Part shown: positions 55,009 to 64,000 of the stretch, piece by piece
Numbering within the stretch: position 1 is the stretch's first letter
Layout: each line of letters begins with the position of its first letter
NCBI GenBank assembly: GCA_964016885.1
Contig: OZ024743.1
Location: forward strand, 176,514,001 to 176,578,000
Direction of reading: 5' to 3'
From: Eledone cirrhosa
Taxonomy: Eukaryota
DNA length: 64,000 nucleotides
Notes under the pieces: model-generated
What the model saw: the letters and a program-made list of their open reading frames with translations, nothing else
Told to the model about the DNA's origin: nothing
Database searches by the model: none
Translations under genes and position numbers: made by a program

Positions 55009-56386
55009 TTGGATAGTTTGCACAGTAAATATAATAATTACTGGGTCTTGTACTGCTTGTCTCTTTTCAACATGAACCTTAAACATTATCTAACACGTCA
55101 GACTTTAGCACGAGAGCAATTTGTGATACGAGGGCTTGTTACTTAAGATACAATCTCAGCTTTAATGGTATGGAACCCCAAACTGAAGACAACTGAAATT
55201 ATCTTGATGTTGTTAAGTTGTATTGACTACACACGTTTAAAATCTACGCACTCACATACATAGAAACAAACACACTCACTCACACACAGGCATACACATA
55301 TACATACACACTCACATACTCGCTGACACAAATACACACTTACACACGCATATACACACACACACGCACTCACGCACTCACGCACATATACACACATAAA
55401 TTATTAAAGAAGAAGTCTAAAGAAATTCGCAGAGCTGAAAAAATAGCTGCTGTTACAAGTTCTTTTAATGGTGTACTTTTCCTCTCATTTTACGGGTTCA
55501 ACAGAAAGGGAACTCCTGTCCGGCATCAAGAGTGCATATCGTCAAATATTACTCAGAGTCAACTAAAGCATTACGTATTCTTTCTTTTTGTGGCCACACG
55601 TGTGAGTGAAAGGAATGTTGGGGCCGAGATGTAAACCCACTTTTCTTGGTTCATTCACAAAGCCCATTCAGAGGGAGACAGAGAGAGGGGGGGGGGAGAC
55701 AGAGCGTGATAAAGACAGGCAAGGAGAGAGTGTGTGTAAATGAGAGAGGAATCTAGACCAGTGCTTCTCTTGTACTACGTATATCGACCTAGGAATGATG
55801 AAAAGCAATGTCGACCTCGACGGTATTTGGATTCAGAACGTAAAGAACCAGAAAGTATGCTATTGCAAATCATTCTATCCGACACCTCAATCTTGTAGAC
55901 GGAAACTATGCTGAATCCCTCCGGATGGTCTATACTCATAGCTGAAATAGTTCAGCCCTACTATACAGCATGTAATACTGTTTCTAACTGTATGTTTGTA
56001 CATATATTTCTATAGCGTAAGAAGAAATTTCTATAAAACATTCGGCCATATAATAATCCAATAAGTTTATAGTTCGGTAAATGAACAACTGGTATACCGT
56101 TCGTTGAATCCGATACAAGATTCATTTATAGTTCGCAACGTTGCATTGGTCACATTATATTAGAATTTCAGAATTGTGCATGCATATTCATAATAATGAA
56201 AGACACAGATATCAATACAAGTATATTCAGCTACTATATATGCATACACACACACACATACACACACATACACGCACATATATCTATATCTACATATTTA
56301 GTACATATATATAAACATATATGCATATTATATATATATATATATATATACATATATACTTATATATAAATGCATATGTATATATA

Positions 56387-56443
<57 letters not shown>

Positions 56444-56556
56444 GAAAATATATACGATATATATACGAAAATTGTCATGACCCCGATAGCTGAGCTCTGG
56501 CCGTTTCGACAGCTAGATCTGGACTGAGTACTCTGGCACGTCAGAGTCCACATCCT

Positions 56557-56626
<70 letters not shown>

Positions 56627-57082
56627 AGTGTAATTTTCTACACAAAACGAAGGTTATAGAGAAAATTGAGGTTGGTAATGGCACATGGAATATATAAGAG
56701 ACAGAATACTTTTTTGTGAAAAAACATAATTTTATAAGGTAAGGAAATAATAAAGGGTATAAAAAATGACCGGTTTCGATGGGTCTGCAAAAGCCATCTT
56801 TTCAAATGTTGATTAATATTAAGAAAAATTAATAATACGAAGAGTTAAAATTTGAGACTTGAAAATTCAAGTATAAAATTCATTGTGGGATTTCATAGCA
56901 GTTTTCATCTAGGTAGCAACAACAGGTTGACTGCTGTGTCCCTTTCTGGTAGTGAATGAGAAGTTATTTGGGGTGTGGGTTATTTTATAAAGGTCAGATT
57001 TAGCAATAGCCAGCTGCTGGTCAGTGAGGGGGTGGAAGCAATATACACACACATACCTTCATCCACACATACATACACATAC

Positions 57083-57123
<41 letters not shown>

Positions 57124-57184
57124 CACACATACATACACACACACATACATATACATACACACACACACACACATATATACACAT

Positions 57185-57243
<59 letters not shown>

Positions 57244-57274
57244 TATATATACATACACATACATCCAGATACAC

Positions 57275-57381
<107 letters not shown>

Positions 57382-57934
57382 CCCACACATACATACACAC
57401 ACACATATATATATATACATACACACATACAAACATACACACACACACACACACACACATATATACACACATACACACACATATATATACACACACACAC
57501 ACACACACATGCATATATATATATATATACACATACGCATACATCCAGATACCCACATACATACACACACACACACACACACACGCACACACAATACATA
57601 CATCCACATGCACACACATACTCACACACACACACACACACACATACATACACCCACACACAGAGAAATGGCCTTCAAATATATATATATATATATACAT
57701 ACAGACACATATATTTTTTCCATAATATAAGAAGTTGGGGCAGTGAAATTAAAATAATTCTGTGTGCGCATATATATATAGATATACGTGTGTGCACGTG
57801 CAGGGTTTAACATGGATGTGTTGGTCACACAAAGGCATGGTCTGTCAATGAATAAACCTGATTCTACAGAATTGGTCTCTGGTCTTTAATAGTAGTGATT
57901 CCGTGCGTATGTGTGTTTATATTTTATGACAATT

Positions 57935-59788
57935 CTATTGGGGTGATAACCCGTTTAGTTTTGGTTTAAATTTGTTAAGGAATAGATTTTCTTTGTTTAT
58001 TCTTTGTTGTTGTGTGAACGAATCTGAGCACTTGTAGAAGGGGAAGATTTTAAAGTTGGGTAGTGTCATTCCTGCGCAGTTCGCAATATGGCTGCTCAAG
58101 GGGATTTTTCTTGTGTTAGCGTCCCGGATTTGTTGGCGGTGGATGGTCATTCTTTTGCGTAATGAGGTGCCCGTCTGTCCTATGTAGTTGTGTTTGCACC
58201 CACCGCAAGTTATTGCGTAAATCAAGTTCTCCGAGTTGCAGGTGAAATTGTTTTTTACTGTAAATGTTTGGCCATCTTTGAATGTAAATGTTTGTCCTTC
58301 AGTGAGGTAGAGGCACGTTCCACAGTTTGTTCTACCACATTTGGTAACTGTAGGGTTGAGGATTGGTTTGGGTATATTTGGTCCAGTGAGAATGCGTTTA
58401 AGTGATTTGGGTTGTCTTTTACTTTTAAGGATCTTGTGTGTTTCAAGAATAGACTTCATTTTTACATCTTTAAGTAGGATGGGGAGGTTTTTGTGTAGGT
58501 GATCAAACATTTCGGTATTTCTGGGGTTGAAAGTGGATACATATGGCAGGGTGTTGAGTGTGGTTTTCTGTTTTGGATTGTTAAGTTGATGGGGATTTAG
58601 GTGTTTTGCCCTGTCTATTCCATTGTTGATTATTTCAAGTGGAAAGGCTCTTAAGATAAGGGTGTCTTTTAGTTCCTTTAGTCTTTGCTCCCGTTTAGGT
58701 GGATCTGATACTATGGTACATATACGTTTGGCCAAATTGTAAGGAATGTTAAGTTTTGTATGTTTTGGGTGACTTGATGTGAAAAAGAGGTATTGCTTGG
58801 AATCTGTGGGTTTATAGAATATATCTGTATCTAATTTCCCGTCTATTACAGAGATGAGAATATCCAAGAAGGCTAATTCCTTAGGATTGGATTCCATTGT
58901 GAATTGTATGTTATTATCTATGTTGTTTATCATGTTTTTAAATGTAGTAAGTGAGTTCATGTCTTCTTGCCATAGGATAAAGCAGTCGTCTAGATATCTT
59001 TTCCAATTGGCTTTGAGGTGTGTGTGGAAAGAGTCTCCAAATAAGAGAAGGGACTGACTGTATATTTGTTGTTCATGGAATCCCATGACTAGGTTGGCAT
59101 ATGTGGGTGCTACTTTCGTGCCCATTGCCGTACCTGATACTTGTCTGTATGTTGAACCATTGAATGTGAAGTAGTTATTTTGTAGGATAAAGCGGAGTCC
59201 GTCAGTGATAAAATCTGTGTTGATGCGTGTCGGTATTTCTGATGGGTGTGTGTTAAGCCAGTATTGGACTGCTGTTATTCCATAGTTGTGAGGTATGTTT
59301 GTGTAGAGGTTTATTACGTCAAAGGAGACAAGAATTGTATTTGCACTTACTGTTTTAGGGAGGTGTTTCAGCATGTCAAGGTCATCTCGTATGTAGCTCT
59401 GTATATGTTGTAGAAAGGGTTTCAGTAGGATGTCCAGAAAGTTGCTAAGTCTGTGGGTTTCACATGTAGGGCCTGCTATAATTGGCCTGAGTTTTAGGTC
59501 TTCTGGTGGTGTTAGTTCAATGTAATTGTTGGTTGAGGTGTCACATGCATCGTTTATGGGTTTACATTTGTGAAGTTTCGGTAAGCCGTAAAAAGAGCTT
59601 GTATTGCATTTGAAGTGGCTTATATAGTTAAACTCTTTTGTGGTTAAGCTGTTGCGGTATTTATTCAGTAAGGTCAAAAGGTTCCCCATTGTTTTGGTGT
59701 GTTTGTAGTTTTCTGTTTTTTCATAGTATGTGTTGTTTTCTAAAATGTTAAGTGCGAGGGTCCTATAGTAGTCCGTATTCATAATCAC
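57935..59788 (-). CDS. PLE reverse transcriptase - GIY-YIG endonuclease (N-terminally truncated, open)
   Basis: Upstream ADKG, FYGLPKLHK, LRPII, SFDVINLYTNIP, GTAMGTKVAPTYANL, RYLDD, FLDI, C-x4-C-x2-C linker, LIYAITCGGC..YIGQT..RKRMTIH, HIANC, KE; the frame stays open up to the inversion breakpoint near 59885. Confidence 0.95.
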   Translation of the reverse strand: MIMNTDYYRTLALNILENNTYYEKTENYKHTKTMGNLLTLLNKYRNSLTTKEFNYISHFKCNTSSFYGLPKLHKCKPINDACDTSTNNYIELTPPEDLKLRPIIAGPTCETHRLSNFLDILLKPFLQHIQSYIRDDLDMLKHLPKTVSANTILVSFDVINLYTNIPHNYGITAVQYWLNTHPSEIPTRINTDFITDGLRFILQNNYFTFNGSTYRQVSGTAMGTKVAPTYANLVMGFHEQQIYSQSLLLFGDSFHTHLKANWKRYLDDCFILWQEDMNSLTTFKNMINNIDNNIQFTMESNPKELAFLDILISVIDGKLDTDIFYKPTDSKQYLFFTSSHPKHTKLNIPYNLAKRICTIVSDPPKREQRLKELKDTLILRAFPLEIINNGIDRAKHLNPHQLNNPKQKTTLNTLPYVSTFNPRNTEMFDHLHKNLPILLKDVKMKSILETHKILKSKRQPKSLKRILTGPNIPKPILNPTVTKCGRTNCGTCLYLTEGQTFTFKDGQTFTVKNNFTCNSENLIYAITCGGCKHNYIGQTGTSLRKRMTIHRQQIRDANTRKIPLSSHIANCAGMTLPNFKIFPFYKCSDSFTQQQRINKENLFLNKFKPKLNGLSPQ

Positions 59789-60080
59789 AACAGTACTGCC
59801 TTTATCGGCTTCTTTGATAGTTATCTCAGGGTTGTTTCTAAGTGTGAATAATTCTTCCCATTCGTGTGTAGATAGGTTTGATTTCTGCTAAATCTGACCT
59901 TTATAAAATAACCCACACCCCAAATAACTTCTCATTCACTACCAGAAAGGGACACAGCAGTCAACCTGTTGTTGCTACCTAGATGAAAACTGCTATGAAA
60001 TCCCACAATGAATTTTATACTTGAATTTTCAAGTCTCAAATTTTAACTCTTCGTATTATTAATTTTTCTTAATATTAATC

Positions 60081-60128
60081 AACATTTGAAAAGATGGCTT
60101 TTGCAGACCCATCGAAACCGGTCATTTT
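60081..60128 (+). ncRNA. Minimal hammerhead motif, U3-A8 variant (sense copy at 56763-56810 -)
   Basis: TTGAAAA-GATGG cttttgcagac CCATC-GAAACCGGTC; palindromic stem III ACCGGT; stem I weak. Confidence 0.7.
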
Positions 60129-60228
60129 TTATACCCTTTATTATTTCCTTACCTTATAAAATTATGTTTTTTCACAAAAAAGTATTCTGTCTCTTATATA
60201 TTCCATGTGCCATTACCAACCTCAATTT

Positions 60229-60282
<54 letters not shown>

Positions 60283-60468
60283 GTGTGTGCGTGCGTATTT
60301 ATTTATATGTATGTATATATACATACATATATGTATGCATATATACATATATATATATAGATATAATTTTTATAACTGCACATATATGAGTATGTGGGTG
60401 TATACTCTTTTACTCTTTTACCTGTTTCAGCCATCCGGCTGAGGCCATGCTGGGGCACCGCCCTTGGG

Positions 60469-60508
<40 letters not shown>

Positions 60509-60525
60509 CAATTATATATACATAG

Positions 60526-60621
<96 letters not shown>

Positions 60622-61782
60622 CTAACTACATAACCGTTACACATGTATATATATATTAGTACACGGAATCTAGCAGTTCTGCATGGGTACACAAATAGTG
60701 AAATGATATAGCAGTTTCCTGTGTCTATTATAACACAGACAATGTTAGCCTTAAGATAAGGAAAAATATCACCAATTTGTAATGATGAAATATATTCAGC
60801 CAATATATATAAGCGAACGGTACCATTACGAAGAAGGATATATAAATGGTAAATGAGGGAAAAGATAGGCAGAGTGGTGATTTATGAAATGGCAGAATTA
60901 ATTATATGTAGTGAGAACTTATTTATATGGTATTTGTCTCTATATTTGTATGTATGTATGTATGTATGTATGTATGTATGTATGTATGTATGTATGTATG
61001 TATGTATGTATGTATCTCTGTATGCATGTATGTATGTATGTTCTTCTGGTTTTATAACTTCATAAATGTTTATGTATGTATATATTTATGTACGTATGTA
61101 TGTATGTATTTATGTATGTATGTATGTATGTGTGTATGTTATGTATTTATGTATGCATGTATGTGTGTATGTATCTATTATTTGCGTGTTTGACTCTGTG
61201 CGCGTATACATACGGGTATATTAACCGAACGAGTGAAACTGACTCATACATATGCACATACACACATATGTATATATACATACATATATATATATATTAT
61301 ACATACATATATGTAAGCATACATATAGATACGCAAACACACACACATATATATATATATGCCTGTGTGAGTGTGTGCGTATGTGTGTGTATGTGTGTGT
61401 GTGTATTACAGTGGTAAATGAATGGTTGGTTGTGATGGTACATCACAACAATGACAAGAGAGAAAGACAATTTGGACTGAAGGAGGAGAAAATATACAAA
61501 ACTCGTAGATGGAAAAGAGCTATTCGTTTTTGTTCAATATCACTTTGACTCCTGTTTATGCCGCATATCAGTCAATCCGTCAATGGTCAATAAATGAGAA
61601 AAATAGAAATCAGAATATGGTGGCTAGCTAAAGAGGAATCGATACATTACTAACTAGGTAATTTAATTTATTACTTTGTGCTGCTTCTGTAAATAGAATA
61701 AATAGAATGATCAGAGTAGCATTCCGGCTTATCATTTGACGCACACATTGCACATACAGATGAATTTATATATAAGAATATA

Positions 61783-61818
<36 letters not shown>

Positions 61819-61871
61819 GAATTGGTCTACATATATATATATATAACATATTATATATATATATATATATA

Positions 61872-61931
61872 TTGGTGTAAATGGTAGCACAGTGGTCCGG
61901 ATAACCAAAGATGTGGGTTCGACTCCCATAT
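61872..61931 (+). pseudogene. tRNA-like head (SINE or tRNA pseudogene)
   Basis: A box TGGTGTAAATGG, T arm GTGGG-TTCGACT-CCCAT; acceptor stem missing, 5' side replaced by (TA)n. Confidence 0.55.
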
Positions 61932-62986
61932 ACGTCAGTACTCATCTTTTTCCATTTCTCCGAGGGTTCTTAACAGGCTAAATAATTTCTTTAATTTCTT
62001 TAGTCAAAATTCGGCGATAGCTTACATTTCTAATAATTTCAAACCCACTCGCTCTTTCCAAAATATTCTTACTTGATATATATATATATATATATATAAT
62101 ATGTATATATGTATGTAACTCTGAAGAAGTCATGATTGTAGTGCTGGTGGCGGCGGCGGTGACGCCGTTGACATCTCACCGCTACCATGATTAATAATGA
62201 TATTTTTCCAAATTCAAGAAAGCGTTTAAATATAATTTTGAAAGAAGAGACAATGGAGAAATCTCCATATGGTTTAAATACACAACATGTCTCCAATATC
62301 TAAATGGCTAAATGTCAGCAGAAGGGCACCCAGGTGTCATGATCTGCATGCGGCCTGGACGCCTTAGAGTCTATAACGTTAAAGGCCGTATGCATGCATG
62401 CGATGGACCTCCGTCGGTTTCGACGACGAGTGTTCCAGATGTTCGAACAACGTGTAATCTTAATATAAATTTAAACGTGTTTTAGCGTGACGCATGTATG
62501 ACAAAGCAGGTACAATTATTTCGATGGGCTTCCAAATAGTTTCAGTCTGCCCAATTTCACTTAAAATGTCTGGTCTATCTAAGGCATGAAATTTACCCAA
62601 GATGACACGCAGTGGAATAGAAATTGCGAAGTCAATTCCTTAACTATTCGGCACATGCATGCATACATACATACATGCATGCATGCATACATACATGCAT
62701 GCACGCATGCATACATACATACATACATACATACATACATACATACATACATACATACATACATACATACATACATACGTACGTACGTACATACACGCAT
62801 ACACATATACACACATACATACGTACATACATACACACACATACGTGCGTACATACATCCACAAAGATATATACATATATATATATATATATATACATAC
62901 ACATATATACTTACATACTTATGTACTTACACACACATACATGCATACAGACATACACACACATACGTGCTTACATACATGCACAA

Positions 62987-63061
<75 letters not shown>

Positions 63062-63091
63062 TATATTCTTACATACTTATATGCATACACA

Positions 63092-63457
63092 TGATGGCTG
63101 CAATCTCGTGTTCGAGCATTGCCATCGCCTGATAAAATGCTAAAAAAATGTGAGGCATGAATGTGGCTCATTAAACAGGCCAAAGACTTGCACCCTCTGG
63201 CAATTATATGACAGCTGTAGGCTCCTCCTGAACTTTCCATTGCTTTGTCTGGCTCTGCGTTCTCATGTGTCTTTTGAGACCTCCATGCTAGCACATTCCT
63301 TTGTCACATTCCTTACACCGTTTCAGATCATAATCTACATGAGGTCTACTGATAAGACTTTGTTCGCGTCTTGTCAAACCAGCTTTATTCAGGCAGATTC
63401 GACCACACTGCTGGCAAACCAGATGATGTTCAACAGTAGGCAGTTCAGAACAGTCTC
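63092..63457 (-). mobile_element. 3' end of an RTE/BovB-like LINE with degenerate C2H2 motifs
   Basis: CQQCGRICLNKAGLTR, CKECDK and CH..ARGCKSLACLMSH, followed by a terminal stem-loop GATGGC...GCCATC. Confidence 0.55.
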
Positions 63458-64000
63458 CTATACATATACATACATACATACATACATACAGACATACAAA
63501 CATACAGACATACACACATACACACATATATACATACACATACATACAAACATACATACATACAGACATACCAACATACAGATATACACACATACACACA
63601 TATATACATATACATACATACATACATACAAACATACATACAGACATACAGACATACAAACATACAGACATATACACATACACACATATATACATATACA
63701 TACATACAAACATAAATACATACAAACATAGACATACACACATACACGCATATATACATATACATACATGATGAGAGAGCAGACAGAAGTCAGTAAACCC
63801 AGAAGCCATTTTAACTATGGCCACCATTTTTCTTCCAATAACTTTCCTTTAGTTATTTCCGGTCTTCTTTCATATTCATTTTTTTATTTCTGTTTAATTC
63901 ACTTATATTTTATTGCAGCGATTGCTTATATATCCTTTGATTTACGGTGGCTTTTTTATGGATTTTGATGTGCTAAATATATATCGCTTGTGTATGAATG

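Noticed and set aside
61872-61940. Functional tRNA gene
   Set aside because: No acceptor stem and an irregular anticodon arm; treated as a SINE head or pseudogene.

Overview
AT-rich eukaryotic, repeat-saturated DNA with no convincing host gene. The SINE types and dense (TA)n/(CA)n/(GA)n tracts suggest an octopus or other cephalopod (inference). Most ORFs in the track are microsatellite artefacts. Real content: (1) R4/Dong-type RLE non-LTR retrotransposons in (TAA)n, one near full length and decayed plus a three-copy tandem whose middle copy is a recombinant; (2) several Penelope-like elements (PLEs; RT plus GIY-YIG) with direct or inverted pseudo-LTRs inserted in (TA)n, one with an open 617-aa ORF and an apparently perfect 351-bp inverted repeat; (3) a Chapaev3-like DNA transposon remnant, a hAT-like MITE, RTE and Tx1 fragments, many tRNA-derived SINEs and a 4-kb pentamer satellite. 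The main unannotated signal is a dense set of type I hammerhead ribozyme motifs found by manual folding, about nine sequence families, most with non-canonical cores (U3-A8 covariation, U4C/U4A, U.U at 10.1-11.1). The best case is a non-coding 595-bp tandem repeat with one hammerhead per unit and a PLE-style 5' inversion, i.e. a candidate large retrozyme mobilised by PLEs. All folds are by eye and ribozyme activity is untested.
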